Origin: an uncultured Planctomycetaceae bacterium
Lineage (GTDB): Bacteria; Planctomycetota; Planctomycetia; Pirellulales; PALSA-1355
DNA: 64,000 nt
Reading direction: 5' to 3'
Assembly: GCA_963785305.1 (NCBI GenBank)
Contig: CAWAUV010000007.1
Coordinates: forward strand, 1,760,001 to 1,824,000
A program made the translations under genes and the position numbers. The notes beneath the pieces are model-generated. The model did not search any database. It saw nothing but the letters and a program-made list of their open reading frames with translations, and had not been told where the DNA came from. This document shows positions 12,901-25,628 of this stretch, one piece after another. The stretch's first letter is position 1. Each line of letters starts with the position of its first letter.

Positions 12901-15900
12901 ACGCCCTGTCGCTCAACTCGCACACGACGCTCAATTTCGATCTGACGACGCCCACCGGCAATGGCGACCTGATCAACGTGACAGGCGCTGGCTCGACGTT
13001 CAGCGGCTCGGGAACCGCGCCGATCACTTTGGGGCAAGCGCCAGTCAAAGCGGTGTATACAACCTGATAACCTTTCCCAGCGGCAGCGCGTTGCCCACCT
13101 CGGACTTCACCGACCCCACCGCCCCCGCTCGCGAAAACTACACCCTCGGCGAAACAACGAATTCAGGTGTCACGACCCTGCAGTTGACCGTTGCCGCGAG
13201 CGCGCCGATCACCACCAACTTTATCGGAGTGACCACACCCGCCGACGCCACGCAAAGCGCCAATTGGAGTAGCGGCGTGCCCGGCATTTCGGGCGACGTG
13301 GTGACCTTCAACAACAGCGACAGCATCACCGGCCCGATCACGGTGAATCTCAATGGTTCGCCGCATTATGGCAGCCTGACCTTCAACAACACCGGTAGCG
13401 ACACGTTTACGATCGCCGCCGGCTCGGGTGGCCCCTTGTATCTCGACAACACCTACTACAGCACGTCGGCCACGGTGTCGAACCTCAAGAACAACAACAC
13501 GATCTCGACGCCGATCGTGCTCTTGAGCAACACCACGATTTCGGCCGCGGTCGGCACGAGCCTGACCCTTTCGGGCGCCATTAGCGGCGTCGAAAGCGTG
13601 ACCGTGCCCTCGACTTCGGCCGGGCAAATTACCTTCAGCGCCGCGAATAGCTTCAGCGGCAGCATGTCGGTCGGCGGTGGATCGGTCAGCATGACCGCCG
13701 CCAATAGTTTCTCGGGTGGTCTGACGGTCACCGGCGGAAGCGTGCTTTTGAGCGGCGCCGATACTTACACCGGCGGGGTCGCGCTTTCCAACGGCGCGCT
13801 TGATCTCAATAGCACCACCGCGCTCGGCGCCGCGTCCAACACATTCACCCTCACCGGCGGCACGATCGACAACACGAGCTCCGGCCCCATCACGCTGGCC
13901 AACAACAACCCGATCACGATCGGCGGCAGCTTTGTCTACGGTGGCACGCAAAACCTGAACCTCGGCGCGGGCGCCGTGAGCCTCGCGGCGCCCGGCGCGT
14001 CGAGCATCACGCTCGGCGGCTCGGGCAGCACGCTCACGCTCGGCGGCAGTATGGCGAACACCTCGGGCGGCAGTCAGACGATCGCCGTGCTCGGCGCGGG
14101 AAACACGCTGAGCCTGCCCGGCACGCTCACGCTCAGCGGCGCGAGCGCCGCCACGGTCGACTTGACCGGATCGAGCAACATCACCCTCGGCGCCGTGGCC
14201 AATGGAACCAGCGGCTCGACGCTCGCCTATTCTGGCACCGGCGCCCTCACGATCACGGGAAATGAAGGCGCCTCGTTCCTCAATGCCGGTTCGGGCGTCG
14301 TCACCGTGGACAACGGCAGCCCGCAGTCGGGCGTTTACATTATCAATGGTAAATTGAACTTCGCGGGCAGCTTTAGTGGCGGCTCGAGTTCGGCTTCTTG
14401 GGTGGGCACGGGCACGGTGCTCATCCCCGGCGGCCAGTTCGGCGGCAGTCAGCAATACGTCAATCTCAATGCCGGCGCCGTGATGCAAATCGGCGGGGGC
14501 TTCCAGGCCAGTTCGGGCTACGGCGGCCAGTGGGCGAACAACATGGCGTCGCTCGTCATTCCCTCGGGGCAAACGTTTGACATCAAGGAAAACGGCGTCA
14601 ATTTCAACGCCTTGGTCAGCACATCGTCAACCGCTACAATTCAAAACGGTTACAACAACGGCAGTCTTGCGATTGGCGTCGCCAATGGCTCGGGAACCTA
14701 TGCGGGTGTGTTGTCCGACGACAGTGCATGGGCATTGGCCAAGCTCGGGACCGGAACGGAAATTCTGCCCAATAACAATACCGTCTCGGGCGGAGTCACG
14801 GTCTCCGGCGGCGGCGCCCTCATTGGGACGACGTCAGTGGCCAGTGGCACGCCCTTCGGCAGCAGCCCGCTGACGGTGGTCGGCGCCACGTTCGGAGTGA
14901 CGCCCAATGTGGCGGCTGGCTCAGGCACGGCGCTGTCGCTCACCGGCGCTAGCGGCGGAACATTTGCCTATGGCGGCGGCGCCGTGCTCGCGGTGAACAA
15001 GGGCAACGAAACCAGCCTCAGCTTCGTCGTCGGATCGAGCAGCGCCAGCTCCGCGGTCTTTACTCGCACCGGAACGGGCACGCTCGTGATCGCCACCGGC
15101 AGCGGAACCGCCAACTTGGGCACAAGCGCGGGTGAAACCGTGACGCTCAGCTCCACCAACTCCGGCGCGGCGCCCACGCTGACCAACGGCATCGTGAACA
15201 CGAGTATGGTGGCCGCGAACAACGGGCCCGCCCAGTCGGGCGATTTCCTCACCTTCGCCAGCACTACCACCGGCTTCCAGGTCGCGAGCTACTCCGGCTC
15301 GCTCGGCAGTTCGACGAACACCTCGGTTGTGTCGAACACCGCCGACACGACGCTCTCCAGCGGCGGCGCCGCCTTCGCTCTTCGCGACACCGCGACGATC
15401 GCCGTGCCCACGGGGCAAACGCTCGCGCTGGGCAACGGCGCCGGCCAAGCCGGCCTGATTCTCAACGGCGGCGCGATCACCGGCGCCGGCACGCTCGATT
15501 TCGGCGCCGCCGAGGGCACGGTTTACACTAGCCTCGCCGGCGGCGTGATCTCGACCGCGATCACCGGCTCCGGCGGACTCACCACCTTTGGTCCCGGCGA
15601 GCTGATGCTCACCGGCGCCACCAGCTTCACCGGCGGCCTCAACATCAATCAAGGCATTGTCAATGTCGGCAGCTCCGCGGAACTCGGCGCGCATGCGATC
15701 AACATGAATGGCGGCACGCTTCAATTCGGCGCTCCGATGTCACTGACGAACACCATTGCCCTGGGCGCCGGAGGTGGAACATTCGACACCGCGGGCAACA
15801 GCGTGACCCTATCGGGGCCGATCACGGGAACCTCGTCGGGCTCGGAATTCGCCAACCTGTTTAAAGTGGGCGCCGGCACGCTGACCCTCAACTCCACGAC

Positions 15901-17825
15901 TTCCTATGCCTATACCGGCAACACCGAAGTTTTTCGCGGCACTCTCGTATTGGATCAAAACGTCGGCGCCGCCACGAACATCATCAACCAGGCTTCCAAT
16001 TTGTTCCTCGGCGGCGGCGCCCTGGTTCAAACCGGCAGCACGACCGGCGGCTCGTCGCAAATCTTCACCAGCCTGACCGTCGCTCCCGGCGCGTCGTCGA
16101 TCGATGTGAATTCCAACGGCGGAACCGGAACCTCGCTCCAGTTGGGCGTCATAAAGAACAACAACACGCAGACGAACGGGTTCGCGGGGGTCAACACGGG
16201 CGGCGGCATCGGCCGCAACGTGGGCGGCGCGCTCGACATCACCCTGCCCACGACCGGCTCCGTCACCACCACCAGCGCCAACACCGCCGGCTCGATCCTC
16301 GGCGGCTGGGCCACGGTCAACGGCGGGACCGGCTGGGCCACCAGCGCCGCGACCGGCGCGGCTCTCGGCGCCATCACCGCCCTGCCTTCCCTCTCGCTCA
16401 CCAACGACACTTGGGCCGTGGGCAATAACACGACGGTCACCCTGGCGAACAACACCATCGCCAGCGGTTCCGCGACCAACAGCCTCGAGTTCAACAGATC
16501 GAGCGTCGCCGCCACCGTGACGCTCAGCGGAACGAACATCATTCAGTCGGGCGGCATTTTGGTCACGCCCAGCGTGGGCGCCAATCTGGAAACCATCACC
16601 GGCGGCACGATCACCTCGGGCGAGCCGGCGAGCATCAGTTCGATTGTCACGAGCGATATCATCGTGAACCAATACAACACCGGCGCCGGCCTGACGATCC
16701 AGTCGACAATCGCCGACAACGGCGGCTCGAGCGCCCTCACGAAGTCAGGACCCGGCCTGTTGACGCTCACCGGCGCCAACACCTACACCGGCCCCACGTA
16801 TATCAACGCCGGAACCTTGAATGTCGGCTCGGCCGAGACCGCCGGAACCAGCGGGCCCTTGGGCAATTCGGCCGCTTCGAATCCGGGAAGCATCGTCTTC
16901 GGCGGCGGCGCCCTGCAATATTCGGCCGCCAACAACTTCGACTATTCGGGCCGCTTCAGCGCCGCCGCCAATCAGCCGATCAGCATCGACACCAACGGCC
17001 AGAGCGTCACCTTCGCCTCGGCCCTCACGAGCGTCGGCGGCACGCTGGCGGTGGTCGACGCCGTGGGCGCCATCACGCCGGGCTCGGGCGGAGGCGCTCA
17101 CGCTCACCGGCGCCAACACCTACACCGGCGCCACCTCGGTCGGCGCGGGTGGCACGCTCTACGTCAACGGCACGAACTTCAACGCGGCCGCGATCGCCGT
17201 GGCCAGTGGCGGTTCGCTCGGCGGCGTGGGCACGATCGATCTGGCCGCTACCAGCGGCGGCGTGACGGTGAGCTCCGGCGGGATCTTCATTCCCGGCTAC
17301 AGCCCGTCCAATGGCTCGACCCAAAGCCCGCTCACGGTCGCCGCCACCGCCGGTGGCAATTCCGCCGTCACTCTCGCGCCGGGAGCGGTTTTCGACGTGA
17401 GCCTTTCGAGCGCCACCGGCGTCGCGGGTTGGTCGCCTGGGCAGTCGGTCAGCAGTCTCAAGGCCGATTATTTGGCGGTGACCTCGGGTGTCGTGAATCT
17501 CGACGGGCCGGGTGGAAACGGCGCCGGGGCAACGCTCAATCTGATCGGCGCCAGCGGTCTGGGGCTCACCGCGGGGCAGAGTCTGAGCTTTCTCGTGATC
17601 GATCCCACGACGACCAACGGCACATTCAGCCCGACGATTACCGGCTTGCCGGCGAACATGACCGCCACGGTGTCCTATGGTCAGGGCCTCTCCGGCCCCG
17701 GCGCCGATGTGGTGGTGACGCTGAGCGCCGTGCCCGAGCCGAGTTCCCTGGCGCTCTGCGGTCTAGGCTTCGCGGGGCTGTGGTGGGCATTTCGCCGCCG
17801 CAAGACATCGCGCGGCGCGGCGTGA
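9973..17825 (+). CDS. Large secreted autotransporter-associated beta-strand-repeat protein with PEP-CTERM sorting signal (~2600 aa); frameshifts near 10060, 13040 and 17095
   Basis: Signal peptide at 9973; repeated G-x-G-T-L-x-L-x-G-x-N-T-Y/F-x-G motifs; C-terminus VPEPSSLALCGLGFAGLWWAFRRRK. Confidence 0.9.
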
Positions 17826-17927
17826 GAATCGCGAGAAACGCGATAAAACGCTGGCTTTGCCGAGTTCTCCAGGCTATAGGTGGATAATTCCGATTCCGCC
17901 TGTGTTTGCCTCGGGGAACAATACGCC

Positions 17928-19975
17928 GTGTCGCGATTCTTTTATTCGTTCTTGCAACGCCGGTTTTGTCGGCGCCTGCTCGCTTGTATCTTCTTGATCT
18001 CCGCCGCGGCGGGCGGCGTGTCTTGGTCCGGCGCTTGCCAGGCCGCGGAACTGCTCAACCAATGGGTCGCGGAGCTTGAAGCGGCGACGCCTCACGACGG
18101 GCCGGCTTTCAAGACCGTGTCGCTCGACCGGCTGGCTCGCGCGGGGCAAAGCATCGAAGCCGCCGCCACGCGTTTGCTCATCACCACGCAAACTTCCGAC
18201 GCAGGCGCCTCGCTCGCGGCGGTCGAGCGCTTTCTCGCGGCCAAGCATCGAGTCGACGCGCGGCTGAGCGACACACTCGCGCTGGGCCCTCAAGTCGCCG
18301 CGGCGGCCGCCGCGACCGAATCGGCGCCGCAAGATCGCCGCGCTCCGCGAAACTATTTGCGCGTTTGCGGTCTATTGATCGACGCCTCGGGTCGGCTGCG
18401 TTTTATGGAATATGACGTGCTCCGCAACACCGCGGAGAAAATCTCCACTCAGCCCGCCCTACGGCAGCGGCTCATTGAATCGCTGATTCGTTATAAGTCG
18501 GATATCGGAGCGATCGCCGCGACCGATCTCTTGCTCGGCGCCGGTTCGTCGGCCAATCTCGGCGCCTCGCTCGCCGCGCTTCAAGGTCGCGCGCTCGAGC
18601 TGATCGCCGCGAGTGGCGAAACCGAAGTCTTGCCGAAGCTGGGCGCGTTTGTCGAGCGCTCGTCGCAGTCGCGCTCCCCGGCCTGGCTCACGGTGATGGC
18701 GGCCGATACGATTCGCCGCATCGGCCTGCCACAAGACCCGCGCCCGGGCCAAGACCGCTCGCTCGCGCCGCCGGACATCACCGCCGCTCGACTGCGCGCC
18801 GCGCTCGCGCGTCTGGGTCCTCGCTCGCTCGACGCCGCTTGGGAATCGCGGCGGCAAGAGCTGCTCGGTTGGCTCGATAGCCGCATCGCGGCCGGTGTGT
18901 CGCAAGACGCCGCGCTATCGCTCGGCGCTATTCGGTGCGCGCGGGCGACTGGCTGCTGATGCGAAATCCTTCGCCCTACAATCTCTTCACCGATCTTTCG
19001 CCGGGACTGTTTACCCATGTGGGCGTCGTGGCGTGGGAAAAAGGCGCCGATGGCCGCGGCCGCCTCGTGGTGGTCGATCTGCCCGAGCGAGGCACGAGCA
19101 TTCCGGCCACGAACGTCGAGGCGTTTCTCAAGCGCACGCGGCACTTCGTGTTTCTGCGACACCAAGACCCCGAGGTCGCCAAGCAAATGGGCGAGGCGGC
19201 CGCCGCCGTGATCGGCAATCCCTCGGAGTTCGACCTGAACTTTCGCACCGATCGCGTGCTCAAGCTGATCGGAGAGCCGCTCAAGGGAAAGAAAGTACAT
19301 ACCTACTGCGCCGGGCTGTTGCTGCTTTGCGCACTCGAAACCGGCCGCCCGCGCGAGGAATTCTTTCCGATCTCGGAATCGACCGCCGGCGGACTCACGG
19401 CCGAAAACATGAAGACGCTCGGCATGTCGCTCGGCGCCGATTTCGTGTCTCCCTCGGGCGCGCTGTTTTCGAGCAACATGCGCGTCATTGGCCGCAAGGC
19501 GCCGACCTATGAACCGCAGCGCGAAGTGGAAGAGTCGATCTACGATTACTTCGCCGCCCGTTTGGCGGTCGCCCGGCTGCGGCTCGCGCCCGACTTGTTT
19601 CAATCGCTGAGAATGAAGGTGGCCGCGGCCTCGAAGAACAATCGGCTCCTCGCCGAAGCGCTCGCGCATGCCGCGGGCGTGAGCACGGAGATGGACTTGG
19701 TGAGCGCGGCGCGGGCGGCCGCGGTGGTCGAGACACTCGACGACGTTGCCTACGGCGCCAGCGGCCGATTCAAGGAAGCGATGGCGGCCTTTCGCGATCC
19801 CGAGTCGAACCCCGCCGCGGCCAAGCAGTATCAGCGGATTCACGCGGGACTCTTCGAACGCTGGGAGCAAAGTCAACTTCACCCGCGCGATCTGCGGATC
19901 GAGCTCACGAAATACTATACGGAAATCGGCCGGAGCGAGATCGATCGCCGCTTTTTCCAAGGCGCCAGCCGCTGA
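17928..19975 (+). CDS. Secreted protein with a helical N-terminal region and a C-terminal permuted papain-like (YiiX/YaeF-type NlpC/P60) domain; frameshift near 18925
   Basis: GDWLLMR...FTHVGVV...FDLNF...YCAGL has the His-before-Cys order of permuted papain-like amidases. Confidence 0.65.
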
Positions 19976-20048
19976 GCGGCGCGAGGCCGCGCGGCCCCGC
20001 GCCGATGTTTCCGCCGGCGGGAAATCGGCTCGCCGCCGTGGTTCGCGC

Positions 20049-21144
20049 TCAGGGCATCCGATCGGCCTTGGTCATGGTATCGATCTTCATCAGTTTGCTG
20101 TTGACGGTCATGTAGAGTGTCGAGCCATCGCCGCCCCAGCCGCAATTGGCGGTGAGGTCGCCGGTTTCGATCGCGCCCAGGTGTTCGCCCTTGGCCGTGA
20201 TCACATGCACTCCGCCTGGCCCGGTGGCGAAAAGATTGCCCTCGCGGTCGACCTTGAGACCATCGGCGCTGCCCTGTTTGCCGCTCTTGAGAATCGCGGT
20301 GTAATCGAACAGTATCCGGCCGGCGCCGAGCGTGCCATCGCTGGCCATTTCAAAGGCCATGATATAGGGCTTCTCCGGGTCGGACTGGGCCACATAGAGC
20401 GTCTTCTCGTCGGGCGAGAAGGCGATGCCATTGGGCCGGGTCAAATCGCGCGCGAGCAGGGTGACTTGGCCATCGGTCCCCAGGCGAAACACGCCACAGT
20501 AGTCGAGTTCCCGTGTCGGATCGTTGCCCTGTTGCGGCAGTCCATAAAAGGGATCGGTGAAATAGAGATCGCCGTTGGATTTGTAGACCAAATCGTTGGG
20601 GCTATTGAATCGCTTGCCTTGGTAATTGTCGGCCAGGGTGCGCTTGCCCGCGTTTTTCTCGAGCCGCGAGATTCGCCGATCGCCATGCTCGCAGGCCACG
20701 AACCGGCCTTCGCGATCGAATGTGAGGCCGTTCGCGCCGGGCTCGCGGCTATAGGTCGTGACTCCGGTGTAGCCCGACGGCTTCATGAAGAGGCTGAGGC
20801 CGTCTTTTTCGCTCCATTTCATAATCCGGTTGTTGGGAATATCGGAGAACAACAAAAAGCCGCCCTCGCGCGACCAGACGGGCCCTTCGGCCCAGAGGAA
20901 GCCATCGGCCAGGAGCATCACCTTGGCGTCGGGCGGCACGAGACGATCGAAGCGAGGATCATCGCGCACCACGCCGCCCCACGGCGCGGGGTAGCGACGC
21001 GTCGTGCTTGGCGCCGGGCGCCGAATCGGCGGCGTTTGCGACGGCGTTTGCGTCTGGGAGAAGAAAGAAGCCCGCGCCGAGCAGCCCGGTTGCGAGCGCG
21101 GCGCTGAAGGAAGCGAACAGCGAGGAAAATCGAGACGATGGCAT
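20049..21144 (-). CDS. SMP-30/gluconolactonase family protein with signal peptide; frameshift near 20990
   Basis: WAEGPVW, FSDIP, NSPNDL, YFTDP, PNGIAFSPD and DGLKVD motifs. Confidence 0.9.
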
Positions 21145-21429
21145 GGGGAACCTTTCGCAAGGCCAGGGTTTTTGGGGAGGTCGACGGACCGAAGCGTGCC
21201 TGAAGCATGTGTAAGCATGGTCCCGCAGTGTCGGAAAAGCAACTATCTTCGGAATGTCCGCGCGCCGCCTCTGACGGATGCGCCGCTTGCGCCGCGCTCC
21301 GAGGTTCAAGCCTCGGCGGCCCGGCGGTCGAATGAATACGAGCGCCTCCCGCCGCTTGGCTTTCTGTCAAGCGATGGGGATCGCCGACCTGGACTATTCT
21401 TCGAACCGAAACTCGCCACGAATTCCGCG

Positions 21430-22200
21430 ATGTCTGGCCGCGAACTTTCAGGATTGCCGCAGTGGTTCGACGCCGATTACTGGCGTGAATCGCGCCGACC
21501 GTTGGTGAGTCTGGCGTTTATCTTTCCGGCGCTGGCCACCTACGAGGCCGGCGTGGTGCTGCTTGGCCCGCGGCAATGCGCAACGGGGCCGATGTATGGC
21601 TGCGCGAATGCTTGGGCTGGGTCGGCTTCGGTCAGTATTTCCTGCTTCCGCTGGTGACCGTGGCCCTGCTCTTGGCTTGGCATCATTTGAATCGCGACTG
21701 CTGGCGGGTCTCGGCGATGGTGCTCTACGGCATGACGCTCGAATGTTGCCTGCTCGGGCTCGCGCTGGTGGGGCTGGCCCGCGCCGGGATTGGTGGCCAC
21801 CGCCATGAACGGGCGCCTAGCGGCGAGCGGACACATGGCGGCGGCGGCCACATGGCTCGACATTGGCGGCTGGTCGGTCGTTTCGCGCTTGATCGGTTTC
21901 TTGGGAGCGGGCATTTACGAAGAAGCGCTCTTTCGCCTCGCGCTCTTGCCGCTGGTGAGCGCGATGTGGCTATCGCTGGGCGGGGCCGAACGTTTGCGCG
22001 CCCTGGTGGCGATCGCGCTGACGAGCGTCGTGTTTTCGGCCGCGCATTATGTCGGCGCCGAGGGCGATGCGCTCGAGATCTACAGCTTCACGTTTCGGTT
22101 TCTGGCCGGTGTGTTCTTTTCGGTGCTGTTCGTGTACCGCGGCTTCGGTGTCGCGGCGGGAGCGCATGCGCTGTACAACATCTTCGTCGGACTTCTCTGA
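21430..22200 (+). CDS. CPBP (CAAX/Abi) intramembrane glutamic endopeptidase; two frameshifts
   Basis: GIYEEALFR, FSAAH and HALYN motifs. Confidence 0.85.
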
Positions 22201-22385
22201 TCGCGCCGCCATCGGCCCGCGCCATCGCTCGGCGCATTGCATGAAGCGCATTGCATGAAGCGCGTCGCATGGTTCGCTCGCGCGATTGCTAGCATTGCTC
22301 GGGCTTCGGCGCGCGTCGAAGTCAAGTGCTATTGCGCTCCAGCGCGCTCGAAGCGTTCTGGGGACGCGGCTCAAAAAAAGTCTCT

Positions 22386-22413
22386 TTGTGCCGCGAGGAC
22401 TCAAGTTTATAAT
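22386..22413 (+). promoter_or_regulatory. Putative sigma70 promoter upstream of the DUF2617 gene
   Basis: TTGTGC-16 nt-TATAAT in an AT-rich intergenic patch. Confidence 0.4.
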
Positions 22414-22606
22414 AGGCTCCATCAAGTTCATCGCCATCGACGATCGCACTCGCCGGCGGCGATGCTTCTTCATGAGTTATTCGGATATTTCGCGGATGAG
22501 CTCTCGCGGGAATCCGTGGGACAGGTGATGCGGAAAACCCGCGGACACGTTCCGGCGGGGTCCGCGGAAAAAATTGCGTCGATGCGCTAGAAAAGGAATT
22601 GCCGCC

Positions 22607-23150
22607 GTGTTGTCCGTAAGGCCGAAAGTCGCGGAATTGGTGTTTCAGTTGTATGGCCGCGCCCTGCATCCGGAACTATTCACCGTGCATGGCTCGCGAA
22701 CGATCAAGCGAGCCGGATACGAGGCCACGATCAACATCACCAGCGCCGGCCATGTGGTGAATTGGCGTTATCAAGGTCAAACGCTCACGGAAGTCGCCAC
22801 CAGCGCGCATCATCCGCTGCCTGAATTGCGGCGATTGATCTCTTGCCGCCTCAAGGGCGAAGGCAGCGACAAGGTGGAATGCCGCGGCGGCGCCCGGTAT
22901 CATATGAGCTTTCAGCTCGAGCCGGTCGATCCGGAAGTTTTTTGGACGTTTCAACAAGAATTAGCCTACGATGGCGAGCGACAAGGCTTGCTGCACCGCT
23001 TTGATTCCAGCGGGCGCATGGCGCTGGGGGCGCTGAGCTATATCAATGTCGAATCGCGCAGATCGGAGCCTGCTTGTCCAGGCGTTTCACACATTTCCCG
23101 ATGATTACGCCCTGGTGAAGACCCAATCGTTCTTCGAGATTCCGCGCTAA
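22607..23150 (+). CDS. DUF2617 family protein; frameshift near 23058
   Basis: VLSVRPKVAELVFQLYGRALHPELF...; the shifted C-terminus reads QAFHTFPDDYALVKTQSFFEIPR*. Confidence 0.75.
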
Positions 23151-23205
23151 GCCGCGCGATCGTCTCGAAATTTCTTCGCCCGGCGATGGAAATCGCTTTT
23201 TTCGC

Positions 23206-23955
23206 ATGGACCTCGCTCACAAAATCGCGCTCATCACGGGCGGCAGCAAGGGAATCGGCGCCGCGACCGCCCTGGCGCTGGCCGCCGCCGGCGCCGATGT
23301 GGCCATCATTGCCCGAAATCGCGACGCCGAGGCCGAAGCCACGCTCCGCGGCATCGAGCAAGCGGGCCGCAAGAGTTTATTCATCGCCGCCGATTGCGCC
23401 GTGGCCGAGGAAGCGATGGCCGCGGCCCGCGCCGTGGCCGAAAAGCTGGGCGCGGTCGATGTGCTGGTGCATTCGGCCGGCGGCCCGGTCAATGGCGGAC
23501 TACTGGCGCTCGATCCGCGCGACTGGCTGGCCGCGTTCGATATCCATGTGCATGCCGCTTTTTATCTTTGCCGCGAAGTAATTCCCGCGATGCGGGCCAA
23601 GAAAGAGGGGGCCATATTGCTGGTCTCCTCGACGGCCGGGATTCGTGGCGTGTCGACCAACGTGGCCTATCAAACCGTGAAAGGCGCCTTGCCGCAAATG
23701 ACTCGGGCGCTCGCCCGCGAATTTGCCGACGACAATATTCGCGTCAACTGCATTGCGCCCGGCATCATTCGCACTCGGTTTCATGACAGCATGACCGAGG
23801 CCACGAAGCGCCACAATCTGGAGCATCGCGTGCCGCTGCACCGCGAAGGCACGCCGGAGCAAGTGGCCACCGCGGCGCGGGAACTGATTACCAACGATTA
23901 CATCACGGGCCAAACCGTGGTGATCGATGGCGGGCTCACGATGCGCATCGCCTAC
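23206..23955 (+). CDS. SDR family NAD(P)-dependent oxidoreductase; stop probably lost to an indel
   Basis: TGGSKGIG, YQTVK (YxxxK), RVNCIAPG and C-terminal IDGG. Confidence 0.9.
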
Positions 23956-23998
23956 GCGCGAAGTTCTTCGCGACGACCTCGGGCGGCGACCCGCGATT

Positions 23999-25591
23999 TC
24001 ACAGCGTGGGCCCGAGCGGCCAGGGCACGAATTCTTCCTCGCCGATTCCGTGCAGCTCGCTCTTGGTTTTCTTGCCGCTGGCCACGGCAAGCACTTCCTC
24101 GAAGATTTCGCGGCCCACGTCGGCGGTCGAGCGGCCGGCGAGAATCGTGCCGGCATCGAGATCCATGTCGTCGATCATGCGTTCATACATCGGCGTATTC
24201 GTGGCGATCTTGATCGAGGGCGTCGGTTTGCAGCCGAAGCAACTGCCGCGGCCGGTGGTAAACGCCATCACTTGCGCCCCGCCAGCCACGATGCCGGTGA
24301 CGCTCACCGGGTCGAGCCCCGGGGTGTCCATGACCACGAGCCCGCGCGTCGTGACCGGCTCGGCATAGAGAAACACATCGGCCAAGGCCGTCGAGCCGCC
24401 CTTGGCGATGGCCCCGAGCGATTTTTCGTGGATCGTCGTGAGGCCGCCTTCTTTGTTGCCGGGCGAGGGATTGTTGTCGCATGTGCCGCCGAACACGCCG
24501 GCGTACCATTCCCACCAGTGGATCCGGTCGATCAACTTTTGAGCGACGGCGGGCGTGAGCGCGCGGCGAGTGAGGAGTTGCTCGGCGCCATAGATTTCGC
24601 TGGTCTCGCCCAGCACCACGGTTCCGCCAGCCGCCACGAGCATATCGGCGGCCACGCCCAACGCCGGGTTCGCCGTGATGCCCGAATTGCCATCGGACCC
24701 GCCGCAATTGGTTCCCAAGATCAACTCGCTCGCGGGAATCGGCTCGCGGCGAACATCGTTCACCCGCGGTAGCATCTCGCGAACGACTTCCAAGGCCCGG
24801 GCCACGGTCTTCCGAGTGCCGCCCAAATCTTGCATGCTCAACACCGGAGGGCGACCGGGGAGCGAAGCGCCGGCAAGTCCTTTGGGATCGATCCGCACAA
24901 GCCGCTGATCATCGAGCAGGTAGCCGCTGGTCACGGCTTCGCAGCCGAGCCCGATCAGCAGATATCCGCCGACATTCGGATGCCGAGCCACGCCGCCCAG
25001 CACTCGGTTGAGCAACTGATGATACTCGCCGGCGTGTTTGATGCCGCAGCCGCCACCATAGGTAAACGCCACCACGCCATCGACATTCGGATACTGCCGC
25101 GGAATCTCGGACGTGAACTGACGGGCCACATGCTTCGATACCGTGGCCGAGCAATTCACGGTGGAAATAATCGCCAGGTAATTCCGAGCGCCGGCTTTGC
25201 CGCTCGCGCGGCGGTAGCCCAGAAATTCGCGACCGACGATCGGCTCGGGCGCCGGCGGAATCGCGGTGGAAGCGGCATAGTCGCGCGTGAACTCGCCGGC
25301 CGCGAGGTTGTGGCCGTGGACCCATTCGCCCGGCGCGATCGCGGTGGTGGCGAAGCCGATGATCTGGCCGTACTTCATCACCGGATCGCCGGTGGCCAGG
25401 GCCGCAAGCGCGATCTTGTGGCCCGGGCGAATCGCTTCGCCGAGCACGACCGGTTGGCGACCGGCGGAATCTTCATGCAGCCGATGCCCGGCGGCGAGCG
25501 GCCGCGCGGCCACCGCCACATTGTCTTGCGGCGCCAGTCGCACCGCGTCGATCACGGTGGGCCGCGACGATGAATCCGTGAGTGTCGCCAT
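23999..25591 (-). CDS. uxaA: UxaA family altronate/galactarate dehydratase
   Basis: SAF domain DNVAVA/GHKIA/KYGQIIG, plus CGGSDG, NPSPGNKEGG and FTTGRG. Confidence 0.85.
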   Translation of the reverse strand: MATLTDSSSRPTVIDAVRLAPQDNVAVAARPLAAGHRLHEDSAGRQPVVLGEAIRPGHKIALAALATGDPVMKYGQIIGFATTAIAPGEWVHGHNLAAGEFTRDYAASTAIPPAPEPIVGREFLGYRRASGKAGARNYLAIISTVNCSATVSKHVARQFTSEIPRQYPNVDGVVAFTYGGGCGIKHAGEYHQLLNRVLGGVARHPNVGGYLLIGLGCEAVTSGYLLDDQRLVRIDPKGLAGASLPGRPPVLSMQDLGGTRKTVARALEVVREMLPRVNDVRREPIPASELILGTNCGGSDGNSGITANPALGVAADMLVAAGGTVVLGETSEIYGAEQLLTRRALTPAVAQKLIDRIHWWEWYAGVFGGTCDNNPSPGNKEGGLTTIHEKSLGAIAKGGSTALADVFLYAEPVTTRGLVVMDTPGLDPVSVTGIVAGGAQVMAFTTGRGSCFGCKPTPSIKIATNTPMYERMIDDMDLDAGTILAGRSTADVGREIFEEVLAVASGKKTKSELHGIGEEEFVPWPLGPTL

Positions 25592-25628
25592 GAAAATCAA
25601 ATACCTTTTTAAGCCCGCGCCGGGCTCG

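Noticed and set aside
22232..22273. Tandem GCGCATTGCATGAA x2 plus one degenerate copy
   Set aside because: Short intergenic duplication with no supporting context
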